Shown: piece by piece, positions 44,903 through 54,413 of the stretch | How the letters are laid out: the number at the start of each line of letters is the position of its first letter | How positions within the stretch are numbered: the first letter of the stretch is position 1 | Made by a program: the position numbers and the translations under genes | Notes under the pieces: generated by a model | Databases searched by the model: none | Told to the model about the DNA's origin: nothing | Seen by the model: only the letters and a program-made list of their open reading frames with translations | NCBI GenBank assembly: GCA_964291665.2 | Contig: OZ219814.1 | Coordinates: forward strand, 359,525-423,524 | DNA length: 64,000 nt | Reading direction: 5' to 3' | Origin: Thermodesulfobacteriota bacterium | GTDB lineage: Bacteria; Desulfobacterota_D; UBA1144; Nemesobacterales; Nemesobacteraceae

Positions 44903-46168
44903 CTAGAAGTAGGTCTGAACCTGCGCTCTTACCATCGACTCATCAGACTCTACGCCAGCTAGATCCTCTTCCCTCTGGAACGTGTAGTCAAGCTGCACTT
45001 TCCACCTGTGATTGCTGCTCAGGTAGTAGCTAAGCCCCTGCGTGAACGTCCATACGTTGTCAAGGTCATTTCCCCCGAGAACGTTGGCGTCATCGTCAAA
45101 CATGACCATCGCGTACCTTGAGGCAAGCTCAATCTTTTTCGGAATGAGGAAGAAACCTCCCTGAACCCTGAAACCGGAGTCGTAGGCAGTTCCTACGCCG
45201 GCATCGTCGGGATCGGCCCACCTTCCGACATACTCACCGGTGAGGTTGAACCTTGGATCCCTGTAGTTTATGTCCGCCGTGAAAGAAGTGACTCTCCCGC
45301 TTTCAAGATCTCTCTCTCCAGATGGAATTCCTATATTGCCATCACTTCCATCCTCAACATCTATACCCGCAACAGCGGCCGCAACCGTGAGCGTTGGCCT
45401 CTTGGCAAAATTCTCTTTTACACTCTTGGCCTTCCCGCCGATAATAGCCGCCTGAACCCTTCCTGCCCAGAGCATACCAGTGTCATTCTTGTCGTTCTTG
45501 GTGTTCGCACCTTCTCCCTGGAAAACACCCGCATCATAGCGGATCATCCCGTCGCCGAGAAAACCGTAAACACCACCACCGATATCCCTGCCATACCGAA
45601 AGTAATCGTCTATGATCGAGGTTCCCACAAGCTGCAGGGCGGTAATTGAGGTAAGAAACTCTCTGCTAAACGGAACCTTGTACTGACCTACCGTGGGGAC
45701 AAAAGCCTTGTTCTTGGCAAACGAAAGTCTCATGTCCTTTAATCCACCACCTGCGAGATCATACTGAACCGTGTATTTCATCCAGGGAGCGAAAGCGTTA
45801 CCGTCCCAGATCAACCAGAGGTTTCTTACACTGAAACCAAGACCCTCTTCGTCAGTGTCAGGATCTGTGTAGTTGGCCAGAAACTGACCAAAAAAGCGCA
45901 TCCTGAGCTTGTAGTTACTGTCCGCAGTCTGGAATGTAAGATCCCTGCCTTTTTTGGCTTTGACCTTTATTTTGTTGTGCCAGGCCTTAGAATCTTTCGC
46001 CGTGGCCTCGTACTCCTTCATGTTCATCTGCTGCTCAAGCTCTTCTATTTTCTTCTTAAGTTCCTCTATCTGCTCCTTTATGCTCTGGTCGCCGCCGGCC
46101 TGGGCGGGAAGTGACATAAAGGTAAGCAGAGTGAAAAAAGAAACAGCTAAAACTGCTAAAATCCTCAT
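44903..46168 (-). CDS. Outer-membrane porin (phosphate-selective porin O/P-like)
   Basis: Signal peptide, N-terminal coiled coil (IKEQIEELKKKIEELEQQM), a beta-strand-rich body, and a C-terminal ...VRAQVQTYF. Confidence 0.7.
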   Translation of the reverse strand: MRILAVLAVSFFTLLTFMSLPAQAGGDQSIKEQIEELKKKIEELEQQMNMKEYEATAKDSKAWHNKIKVKAKKGRDLTFQTADSNYKLRMRFFGQFLANYTDPDTDEEGLGFSVRNLWLIWDGNAFAPWMKYTVQYDLAGGGLKDMRLSFAKNKAFVPTVGQYKVPFSREFLTSITALQLVGTSIIDDYFRYGRDIGGGVYGFLGDGMIRYDAGVFQGEGANTKNDKNDTGMLWAGRVQAAIIGGKAKSVKENFAKRPTLTVAAAVAGIDVEDGSDGNIGIPSGERDLESGRVTSFTADINYRDPRFNLTGEYVGRWADPDDAGVGTAYDSGFRVQGGFFLIPKKIELASRYAMVMFDDDANVLGGNDLDNVWTFTQGLSYYLSSNHRWKVQLDYTFQREEDLAGVESDESMVRAQVQTYF

Positions 46169-46471
46169 CTTACGTCCTCCTCTGAGTTATATTCAAATCT
46201 GGTGTACGGAGGGTTTGAAAAAAAGCGGCATACCCGGTTGATTTGAATTCACTTAAACTAACCAACAGGAGGATACACCTCCATGGGCAGAAAGAATAAA
46301 GTTTTTGAGACGAAAGGTCAAAAAGAAACAATGGACCCGTTGAGAGAGCTTTTCGCCAGATCTATTCCCTGTTCTGGACAGAAATACGCGTACCAGAGGT
46401 TGCCTGCTGGCCAAGGACATATATAATTTTCGCTCGGCTGCTTTATCAAATTTCCCCCGAAGGAACGATCA

Positions 46472-47896
46472 ATGGAATACGAAGCGGTAATCGGTCTCGA
46501 AGTACACGCACAACTCGCCACTGAATCCAAGATATTTTCTTCTTCCTCAACGAAATTCGGAAGTCCCCCCAACTCCCAGGTAAATCCGGTCTGTCTGGGC
46601 ATGCCGGGGGTGTTGCCGGTCTTTAACGAAAGGGTTCTTGAGTACGCCATAAAGGCCGGACTGGCGACTAACTGCGAAATCGCCCGGAAGTCCAGATTCG
46701 CAAGGAAGAACTACTTCTACCCGGACCTTCCGAAGGGCTATCAGATTTCGCAGTACGACGAACCGCTTTGCCTCAGGGGGCATCTCGAGATAGATTCGGG
46801 GGACGGCAGAAAAAAGATCAGGATAACCCGAATACACCTGGAAGAAGACGCGGGGAAACTAGTGCACGAATACTCCGACTTTGAAAGCCACGTCGATCTC
46901 AACAGGGCAGGAGTGCCGCTTGTGGAGATAGTCAGCGAACCCGACATCTCGACTGCCGAAGAAGCGGTTGAATACGTAAAGAAACTTAGGACAATCCTCA
47001 GGTATATCGAGGTTTGCGACGGAAACATGGAGGAAGGAAGCCTGCGCTGCGACGCGAACGTTTCCGTGCGGCCGGCAGGACAGAGCGAACTCGGAACTAA
47101 AACTGAGATCAAAAACCTTAATTCCTTCCGCTTCATACAAAGAGCCATAGAATACGAAATAAAGAGGCAGGAGACGGTTCTGCGAAGCGGAGGAGAGGTT
47201 GTTCAGGAAACAAGGCTTTTCGACTCCCAAAGAGGGGTCACGTTTGCGATGAGATCAAAAGAAGAAGCTCACGACTACAGGTATTTCCCGGACCCGGACC
47301 TTCTGCCGGTCGTGGTGATGGAGGATTATCTCGAGAAAATCGGCCTGTCCCTCCCTGAACTTCCCGAAGAAAAGCTCACTAGGTTCGTGGATGAATTCAA
47401 TATACCGAGAAACGACGCCGAGACGCTTTCGTCCTCAAGACCGCTTGCCGAATACTTTGAAGAGTGCGCAAAACACGTAAAAGACAAGAAAGCGGCGAGC
47501 AACTGGATATTAAACGAAATGCTGAGAGAAGTTGAGAACGAAGACAGCATAGCCGAATTTCCGGTTAAGCCCGAGAACCTCGCTGAACTGCTTAACCTTA
47601 TCGGAGAAGGAAAAGTAAACCGAAAGACCGCCAAGGAAATATTCTCAGAGATGATAGGCGGGGGAAAACGCGCGGAAGAAATAGTGACCGAGAAGGGGCT
47701 TACCCAGATTACCGATGAAGATGAAATTTCTTCAATCATAAACAAACTAATCGACGAAAACCCGAAGGAAGTCGAGAGGTACAGGGGTGGAGATACTAAG
47801 CTTCTCGGCTTTTTCGTTGGTCAAGTAATGAAGGCAACAAGAGGAAAGGCTGATCCCGCAGTTGTAAATCAAATGCTCAGGAATTCTCTCGGATAA
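46472..47896 (+). CDS. gatB: Asp-tRNA(Asn)/Glu-tRNA(Gln) amidotransferase subunit B
   Basis: MEYEAVIGLEVHAQL, NYFYPDLPKGYQISQ, LEEDAGK, and a C-terminal GatB_Yqey domain (GFFVGQVMKATRGKADP). Confidence 0.95.
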   Translation: MEYEAVIGLEVHAQLATESKIFSSSSTKFGSPPNSQVNPVCLGMPGVLPVFNERVLEYAIKAGLATNCEIARKSRFARKNYFYPDLPKGYQISQYDEPLCLRGHLEIDSGDGRKKIRITRIHLEEDAGKLVHEYSDFESHVDLNRAGVPLVEIVSEPDISTAEEAVEYVKKLRTILRYIEVCDGNMEEGSLRCDANVSVRPAGQSELGTKTEIKNLNSFRFIQRAIEYEIKRQETVLRSGGEVVQETRLFDSQRGVTFAMRSKEEAHDYRYFPDPDLLPVVVMEDYLEKIGLSLPELPEEKLTRFVDEFNIPRNDAETLSSSRPLAEYFEECAKHVKDKKAASNWILNEMLREVENEDSIAEFPVKPENLAELLNLIGEGKVNRKTAKEIFSEMIGGGKRAEEIVTEKGLTQITDEDEISSIINKLIDENPKEVERYRGGDTKLLGFFVGQVMKATRGKADPAVVNQMLRNSLG

Positions 47897-47945
47897 TCTA
47901 TGGGTGCGCATGAACATATGCGCCAGCGTACTTGCACGACACCGT

Positions 47946-49619
47946 TCATACTCCCCCGCTAGGCTTCGTTTCATCGGCACTGCGCTCGTGGAGGAGATGC
48001 TTGGATAACCGTTTCGCCTCGTCAAGACTGTCCACAAAATGCCCGGCGGGGACACGGCGGAACACCTCGAGAGATTCCAAAATCTTGGCCACGTCACCAG
48101 ACAGACCCAACACGATGCAGTCGGTGTCGTTGTCGATTGCTGCTTGGACGAGTTCCTCGATCGCAAGCGCAGCGCTATCGTCCACGCCGGTGGTCTCAGA
48201 AAAGTCGAGGATAATGATGTTGTGATCTTCAATGTCCGCAGCAATCACCCGGGTCAGTTCGTTTGCGGAAGCAATCGAGAAACTTCCTTTCAGCTTGATG
48301 AGTCCGACCGGCAAGCTATAGGGATCAATGTCCGCTAGGGACGGTAAAGAATCGAAGTCCAAAACCGGCAGGGAAAACACGCCTTCGAGTTCGTTCTGCG
48401 TCAAGTCTCTTGAGCGCACCACGCCCGCAGCGATTAACCCAACCGCGACGGCGGTGACTAAATCAACGAACACGGTCACAAGGAAGGTAAGGAGCATTAC
48501 AAGAACATACTCAAGGCGAATCGCCCGTAGGTGGGCGACGAAGCGCCAATCAATAATATCCCAGCCAATTTTAATGAGAATGCCGGCCAGAACAGCGAGC
48601 GGAATCGGTTCAGCAATCCAGCCGAAGCCGAGCAGCAGGCCAAGCAAGAGGACCGCGGTTAAGATGCCCGCCAGCGGGCGCCGCCCGCCGGCCCGGATGT
48701 TGGTGACCGTGCCCAGAGTGGCGCCTGAGCCCGGCAACGCACCCAGAATACCAGCCGCCAGATTGCCGAGGCCTTGCCCCACGAGCTCCCGGTCGGGGTT
48801 GTGGCGCGTACGGGTTTGAGAATCCGCTATCAACGAAGTCAGCAGGCTGTCGATGGAACCGAGAAGCGCTAGGATCAGTGCTGGCTCCAAGAAACCCCCG
48901 ATTGAGTCCAACTCTATCTGCGGCGCCTGGAACGTGGGAAGACCCGCAGGGATCGCACCGATGGTTCGTGCCTCGGTGAGCCCGAAGAACGCAATGCAGG
49001 TGCCGATCGTCAAGGCGGCCAGCGCAGGGGGCAGGAAGCGTCGTATCCGGCGGGGCCAGAAAACGCAAATAGCCAGGGCGGTTAACCCAACAGCGAGATC
49101 GTGCGGATTGGGGTTGGTGATTGCCTCCGGCCAAGCAGCAATCTGGACAAATGGCCCTCCCGAGACCGGGTCGGCGCCGAGGATGGTCACGATCTGGAGG
49201 ACTATGATAATCGCGCCGATCCCGGTCATGAAACCGGAAATCACGGAGTATGGAGTGTAACCCACAAAGCGGCCGATCCCGAGAAACCCCAGAGAGATCT
49301 GTATCAGGCCGGCTAGCATGACGATGGTGAATGCGCTCGCCAGATCTTGGGCATATAGGGTGACGATCGCAGCCATGGCAATAGTCATCGGGCCGGTGGG
49401 ACCAGAGATCTGCGCAGGCGTACCGCCGAACGCGGCGGCAAAAAATCCCACCGCGACGGCGCCGTAGATTCCAGCAACTGGCCCTAGCCCCGAGGCAACC
49501 CCAAAGGCTAACGCCAGCGGCAGCATTACGATCGCGGAAGTGACGCCGCCGAATATATCACCTAGAAAAGTGGACCTTATCGACCCGAAAGAAGATTTTC
49601 CCTTTTTTTTCCCGAACAA
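47946..49619 (-). CDS. SulP-family anion transporter with C-terminal STAS domain
   Basis: 557-aa ORF. Polytopic N-terminal domain (GDIFGGVTSAIVMLPLALAFGVASG) and a STAS-like tail (IIILDFSETTGVDDSAALAIEEL). Confidence 0.88.
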   Translation of the reverse strand: MFGKKKGKSSFGSIRSTFLGDIFGGVTSAIVMLPLALAFGVASGLGPVAGIYGAVAVGFFAAAFGGTPAQISGPTGPMTIAMAAIVTLYAQDLASAFTIVMLAGLIQISLGFLGIGRFVGYTPYSVISGFMTGIGAIIIVLQIVTILGADPVSGGPFVQIAAWPEAITNPNPHDLAVGLTALAICVFWPRRIRRFLPPALAALTIGTCIAFFGLTEARTIGAIPAGLPTFQAPQIELDSIGGFLEPALILALLGSIDSLLTSLIADSQTRTRHNPDRELVGQGLGNLAAGILGALPGSGATLGTVTNIRAGGRRPLAGILTAVLLLGLLLGFGWIAEPIPLAVLAGILIKIGWDIIDWRFVAHLRAIRLEYVLVMLLTFLVTVFVDLVTAVAVGLIAAGVVRSRDLTQNELEGVFSLPVLDFDSLPSLADIDPYSLPVGLIKLKGSFSIASANELTRVIAADIEDHNIIILDFSETTGVDDSAALAIEELVQAAIDNDTDCIVLGLSGDVAKILESLEVFRRVPAGHFVDSLDEAKRLSKHLLHERSADETKPSGGV

Positions 49620-49669
49620 TTTAAAGCTGCTTCCTTTTTCAGCAACTTTCCACCCAAACCGTAATAAAC

Positions 49670-49801
49670 TTAATCCAGCGTATGCCCCTCAATCTCCTGA
49701 CGGCGCCGAAGCTCGCTGTAAAATCCTACACCCCTCCCCATAAACCTCTTTGCCTCTCTAACCGAACCATAAGCGTTCAGATACACCTGCTCGTATTTCA
49801 A
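49670..49801 (-). mobile_element. Remnant: last about 43 codons of an IS3-family (rve integrase-core) transposase
   Basis: Minus-strand translation LKYEQVYLNAYGSVREAKRFMGRGVGFYSELRRRQEIEGHTLD* resembles the conserved IS3 OrfB C-terminus (LKxExVY...Y.S..EA......FYN..RPHxxLxGxTP). It begins 4 nt after the nuoF stop, and no upstream part is present. Confidence 0.55.
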
Positions 49802-49805
49802 ACCA

Positions 49806-51068
49806 TCAGGGCTGAGAATGCCCTCTTTTTATATGCTCCTCGAACTCGTCCCTGAATTTCCTCACTATTGATTCAATGGGCATGGCGCAGCCGTCGGCAA
49901 GGGCGCATATGGTCGTTCCCCTCATCTGCGAGCACGCGTCAAGCATTATGTCGAGGTACTCAAGGGATCCCTTACCTTCGTCAATCTCCCTCAGTATCTT
50001 CTCAAGCCACCACGTTCCTTCCCTGCACTGAACGCACTGCCCGCATGACTCATCCCTGTAGAAATGGGCAAGGTTCTGGGCTACCTTGATCATGCTCACC
50101 GTTTCATCCATCACAGTTACTCCCGCCGTCCCAAGCATGGAGCCCGCGGCCGCCACGGTATCGAAATCCATCACAATATCCAGTTCATCCGCGGAAAAAA
50201 CCGCAGAAGAAGAACCGCCGGGGGAAACTGCTTTTATTTTTCTTCCTCCGGGAACTCCTCCGCCGTACTCTTCAATCAGCTCAAGAAGGTTTATTCCGAG
50301 GGGGAGTTCGTAAAGCCCGGGGTTGTTTACATGCCCGCTCAGCCCGAAAATCTTGGTTCCGGTGTTTCTGGGAGTCCCTATCGAGGCAAACCAGTCCGCC
50401 CCGTTGTTTATTATATGGGGAACGCATGCGAGCGTCTCCACGTTATTGACTATGGTGGGACAGCCGAAAAGGCCCACCTGAGCCGGGAAAGGAGGTTTGG
50501 GTCTCGGCTCTCCCTTTTTTCCCTCTATTGACTCAAGAAGACCGGTCTCCTCCCCGCATATATAGGCGCCGGCGCCTATATACAGCTTCATATCGAGATC
50601 AAAACCGCTTAGGAGTATGTTCTTTCCGAGATAGCCGTGCTCGTAAGCTTCCTCTATGGCCTGCTGTATCCTCTTGGCTCCGTACGGCATCTCCCCTCTT
50701 ATGTATATGTAGGCCTTGTGGGAGCGGATAGCGTAGCAGGCGATTATTATGCCCTCTATCATCTGGTGGGGATCTTTCTCCAGAATCTCCCTGTCCTTGA
50801 AGCTTCCGGGTTCGCTTTCATCAGCGTTGCAGCAGAGGTAAACCGGTTTCTTGGAATCGGGCGGGATGAAGCTCCACTTTATCCCCGCAGGAAAGCCAGC
50901 CCCTCCCCTTCCCCGCAGGCCCGATTTCTTGACCGCGTCGGTTACTTCTCCAGGGGCCATGCCAAGGGCCTTTCTGAGCGCCGAGTATCCACCCGAGGAC
51001 AGATACGACCCGATGGTGTAGGAGTCAGGCCTGTCGACGTAATTTCTTATGATTCTCTGCTCGGGCAT
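49806..51068 (-). CDS. nuoF: NADH-quinone oxidoreductase subunit F-like (NuoF; FMN/NADH-binding, 4Fe-4S)
   Basis: 420-aa ORF. GLRGRGGAGFPAGIKW, NADESEPG, YICGEETGLLESIEG, and ESCGQCVQCREG....C. No nuoE or nuoG is adjacent. Confidence 0.9.
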   Translation of the reverse strand: MPEQRIIRNYVDRPDSYTIGSYLSSGGYSALRKALGMAPGEVTDAVKKSGLRGRGGAGFPAGIKWSFIPPDSKKPVYLCCNADESEPGSFKDREILEKDPHQMIEGIIIACYAIRSHKAYIYIRGEMPYGAKRIQQAIEEAYEHGYLGKNILLSGFDLDMKLYIGAGAYICGEETGLLESIEGKKGEPRPKPPFPAQVGLFGCPTIVNNVETLACVPHIINNGADWFASIGTPRNTGTKIFGLSGHVNNPGLYELPLGINLLELIEEYGGGVPGGRKIKAVSPGGSSSAVFSADELDIVMDFDTVAAAGSMLGTAGVTVMDETVSMIKVAQNLAHFYRDESCGQCVQCREGTWWLEKILREIDEGKGSLEYLDIMLDACSQMRGTTICALADGCAMPIESIVRKFRDEFEEHIKRGHSQP

Positions 51069-51205
51069 CTTCGAGTCCGGTTAAAGCAGTTTCTCAGCGG
51101 AAAAAAGGAATAAGTACGGATAAATATTAAATGCGATTGCCGGAATTTTTCAAGGAAAAACGGAAAAAATAAGACCGGGAGTAAAAAACCTCACGTTCAC
51201 TGCGC

Positions 51206-52411
51206 CTAGTGAGCTTCTTCCTCAAGCAGAATGTCCGCCACGTACTTGGCAAACGACATGGAGGAGGTAAAAGCGGGCGATATGGCGTTTAGCACGTGAA
51301 CAGTGTCTTCCTCCTTGCAGACAACGTAATCCATAACCAGTTTCTTCTCCTTCCAGTCCACAAGCTGCGAGCGGATGCCGGTTTTCGCGGAAGAGACCAG
51401 ATGATGAGGCAGGAGACCGGGAATCAGCTTTCTGGCTTCTGAGTAGAAATGGGATCCCATATATTTTTTCACCTCAGATAGCGCGTTTGCCCTGAACCCG
51501 CTGTCACTTACGAACATCGACGCGTTTCTGTAAAGAAACCGGAACGACTCAAGTCCCAGATCCTCAAGAAATCCGTAGCTCTCCCTTCCCAGCACCGGCA
51601 CGGCGGTAGGACCGATAAAGACACGCCCCGAAGTGCTCTTAGTAAAGTGCACCCCCAGAAAAGGCATTCTCGGGTCGGGAACCGGATAGATATTGCCGCG
51701 GACAAGGTAAGTGCTTTTCTTTGTAAGCTCTCTGTAGGAACCCATAAAGGGGATGGCTCTGTACCCAAGACCCACTTCGAACTTACGCGCTACGGCGTCC
51801 GCGTGGAGCCCGGCGGCGTTTATGAGTTTTCCGTAACCTATCTCTCCCGCGCTCGTAAGGGCGACGCGGTCCTTTTTCTGTCCGATAAAAACCGTGTCAA
51901 AAAGCACGCGGGCTTTCCCGGTTTTTTCAATCCTCGAGCAAAGAGCCTCCAGAACCCCCAGAGGGTCAAACACCGATGTCGCGGGAGAATATATGGCTTT
52001 CTCAAACGTATAGGCATGCGGTTCTACCTCCGCGAGCTCTTTTTCATCGATAAGATAGGACTCCACTCCGTTTCTCTGTGCCCTCTGCTGAAGCGCCTCG
52101 AGTCCTTCAAGCTTCTCCTCGGAGTCCGCCACGATGACCTTGCCGCATTCGGATATCGCAACTCCGTTTTCGCGGCAGAAATCTCTCATCAGCCGGTTTC
52201 CCTCAATGCAGTACCGCGCCTTCAGAGAATCGGGCGTGTAGTAGATCCCGGCGTGGAGAACTCCGCTGTTTCGGCCGCTTGAGTGCGCTCCTAGGCTTCT
52301 TTCCTTTTCCAAGACAATGATGTTACTGCAGCCGCGCAGAAGAAGCTCATTTGTGATTGCAAGACCCACAATTCCTCCGCCAACAACAAGAAAATCGCAA
52401 CTTTTCTCCAT
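51206..52411 (-). CDS. lhgO: L-2-hydroxyglutarate oxidase-like FAD-dependent oxidoreductase
   Basis: Start set at ATG 52411 (MEKSCDFLVVGGGIVGLAI, GxGxxG). HSSGRNSGVLHAGIYY. About 400 aa, typical of LhgO. Confidence 0.8.
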   Translation of the reverse strand: MEKSCDFLVVGGGIVGLAITNELLLRGCSNIIVLEKERSLGAHSSGRNSGVLHAGIYYTPDSLKARYCIEGNRLMRDFCRENGVAISECGKVIVADSEEKLEGLEALQQRAQRNGVESYLIDEKELAEVEPHAYTFEKAIYSPATSVFDPLGVLEALCSRIEKTGKARVLFDTVFIGQKKDRVALTSAGEIGYGKLINAAGLHADAVARKFEVGLGYRAIPFMGSYRELTKKSTYLVRGNIYPVPDPRMPFLGVHFTKSTSGRVFIGPTAVPVLGRESYGFLEDLGLESFRFLYRNASMFVSDSGFRANALSEVKKYMGSHFYSEARKLIPGLLPHHLVSSAKTGIRSQLVDWKEKKLVMDYVVCKEEDTVHVLNAISPAFTSSMSFAKYVADILLEEEAH

Positions 52412-52490
52412 TAATCCAGCCCTTCTCGTCCGTTTTCTGGCAAACCGGGTGTAAATCGGGTATACTGACCGTTTCATATAACTTAATAAA

Positions 52491-52988
52491 ATGGGCAGGA
52501 AATTTAAAGCAGGACAGAACGCCGTGTATCCAGTTCACGGTGTAGTTGAGGTTCAGGGAGTTGAGGAAAAGGAAATACTGGGTTCGAGAAAAGCCTTTTA
52601 CATACTTAACGTTCTTGAAAGTAACGTAACACTCATGGTCCCCACGGATAACATAGAGTCCGTGGGCTTAAGGCCCGTAGTGCCCAGGAAGGAAGTAAAG
52701 AAGATCCTTGACATACTAAAAGAAGAAAACGGCGAATTACCCAAGCTGGGAGTTCAAAGTTGGAACAAAAGATATAAGGAATACGCCGACAAGGTTAAAA
52801 GCGGCGACATATACGAAATAGCCAGGGTGCTAAGGGACATACACCACCTGAAAAAGGTAAAAAACCTCTCTTTCGGCGAGAAAAGAATAATGGAAAACGC
52901 CCTTTCCCACGTAGTTAAGGAACTTTCCATAGCTCTTAGGAAAAAAGAGGGGGAAGTCAGCAGCCAGATAGAGGAAATCTTCTCCTAA
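52491..52988 (+). CDS. carD: CarD/CdnL-family RNA-polymerase-binding transcription factor
   Basis: 165-aa ORF. FKAGQNAVYPVHGVVEVQGVEEKEILG (Tudor-like RID) and a C-terminal helical domain. Confidence 0.88.
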   Translation: MGRKFKAGQNAVYPVHGVVEVQGVEEKEILGSRKAFYILNVLESNVTLMVPTDNIESVGLRPVVPRKEVKKILDILKEENGELPKLGVQSWNKRYKEYADKVKSGDIYEIARVLRDIHHLKKVKNLSFGEKRIMENALSHVVKELSIALRKKEGEVSSQIEEIFS

Positions 52989-52994
52989 ATCCCC

Positions 52995-54413
52995 TCACTC
53001 AAGAATATCCTCTCCGTCAACGCCTCGGGGAACTTCAAACCCGAGATAACTGACGATGCTCGAGAAGATATCTGCGGTTCTTACGCAGTCATGTCGGGCC
53101 GGGCGGCTTATAAGAATGGGGACCACCATGTGGTCTTTGTGCAGGGAGCCATGGGAGCCGTGATGTTCTGGGTTCTCGTGCGTGGCCCGAAGGTCATAGC
53201 CCGGTTTTGAACTGATTACCACATCGCCGGTTCGAGGCGATTCGAAAAGCTGGAGAATCTGGAGGGGGGCATCCGGATAGTCAGAATCGATTGTGAGTCG
53301 AAGCGACTCCGAGGGATTCATCTTCTTTGAGGAAAAACCGTAGCCGAGAGGGTCGCCCGAAACATTGCTGTAGCGGATCAGACCTTCTTCATCCACACTC
53401 ACGAGAGCCTCTCCCCTGGGGTTAGTTATTTTCACCTCCCCTCCAGCCCCGCCGGTTCTGGCGCAGACAACATCCACTTCCGGCCGCCCGGAGAGCTCGT
53501 CAACTATATCCGTTATTTCTTCGCAAAAAGTGTGTCTTTTCCATCCATCGGAATTTTTGAAATAGTAATGCGCCATGGCGTTTCCGGAAACCATGACGGA
53601 TGAATCGGCGTCAAGGTAATGCCTGAACACGTTGGTGTAGTAAAGCGGCTTGAAGCCCCGGTTGCGAAGAAAACCCAGGGAATCGAAATGGGAGTGCGTG
53701 GACGTAAGTCCGTGGTCGCTTCCCACGACAAAAAGCGTATCGTCAAGTTCACCTTGCTCGGCGATCTTTTCCGCAACCGCTCCAACGTACCGGTCAAGCC
53801 TTCTGTAGGACTCCATAACCTTGTGGTGAAACGGATGGTAACGGTGGGAGTAGGCATCCGCCGCAGTGAAAACGCAGAAAATAAAACGCGGAGAATCCTT
53901 AAGAGAATCAATCAGAATTCTTCCCGCGGCTTCTTCAACACTGTCGCTTCTGTCCGTGAAGTGGCTTTTTACGACCAGGTAATACTTAAGATACTTGGTC
54001 CTGTTTCTCCCCGAGGGACTTATATCCCTGGTTATTTCGTTTAGGATGCTTACGCTCCCCGGAACCATGCCGAAAAGAGTCGGGGAGTCGCTCTCTATGT
54101 CCCGGTTGATAAGAGACGCTTGGGGACCCGCGTAGCTTCTGAATCTTCGCAGGGAAAGTGGGGTCTTATCGTAATATCTTCTGTCAAACCACCTTATGCC
54201 GGGGAGGTTGCACCTGCCTGGAAACTTGCCGAGAAGGTACGGGGTATAGGCCGGACCCGTTGTGGAAGGAAAAACCGTGATTCCCTTAAGGAACTCTCCA
54301 GGTTCAACAACGTATTTCTGTATATTTTCAAGGTCGCCTCTTTTCAGAAGTTCAGCGAAGACATCCAGTCTCGTACCATCGGCAAGAAAAAAAACGCATC
54401 TCCTTCTATTCAT
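52995..54413 (-). CDS. Alkaline-phosphatase-superfamily protein (type I phosphodiesterase/nucleotide pyrophosphatase-like)
   Basis: FFLADGTR, VFPSTTGPAYTPYLLG (nucleophile Thr region), VVGSDHGL, and HGSHGSL. The ATG overlaps the glnE stop as TGATG. The track starts one codon earlier at TTG 54416. Confidence 0.8.
   Translation of the reverse strand: MNRRRCVFFLADGTRLDVFAELLKRGDLENIQKYVVEPGEFLKGITVFPSTTGPAYTPYLLGKFPGRCNLPGIRWFDRRYYDKTPLSLRRFRSYAGPQASLINRDIESDSPTLFGMVPGSVSILNEITRDISPSGRNRTKYLKYYLVVKSHFTDRSDSVEEAAGRILIDSLKDSPRFIFCVFTAADAYSHRYHPFHHKVMESYRRLDRYVGAVAEKIAEQGELDDTLFVVGSDHGLTSTHSHFDSLGFLRNRGFKPLYYTNVFRHYLDADSSVMVSGNAMAHYYFKNSDGWKRHTFCEEITDIVDELSGRPEVDVVCARTGGAGGEVKITNPRGEALVSVDEEGLIRYSNVSGDPLGYGFSSKKMNPSESLRLTIDSDYPDAPLQILQLFESPRTGDVVISSKPGYDLRATHENPEHHGSHGSLHKDHMVVPILISRPARHDCVRTADIFSSIVSYLGFEVPRGVDGEDILE

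Noticed and set aside
46318-46650. 110-aa minus-strand ORF overlapping the gatB start
   Set aside because: It overlaps the strongly conserved gatB N-terminus (MEYEAVIGLEVHAQL) and has no motif support.
47909-47926. 6-bp-stem hairpin (gcgcat-gaacat-atgcgc) between convergent gatB and sulP, as a bidirectional terminator
   Set aside because: The stem is short and there is no U-tract on either strand.
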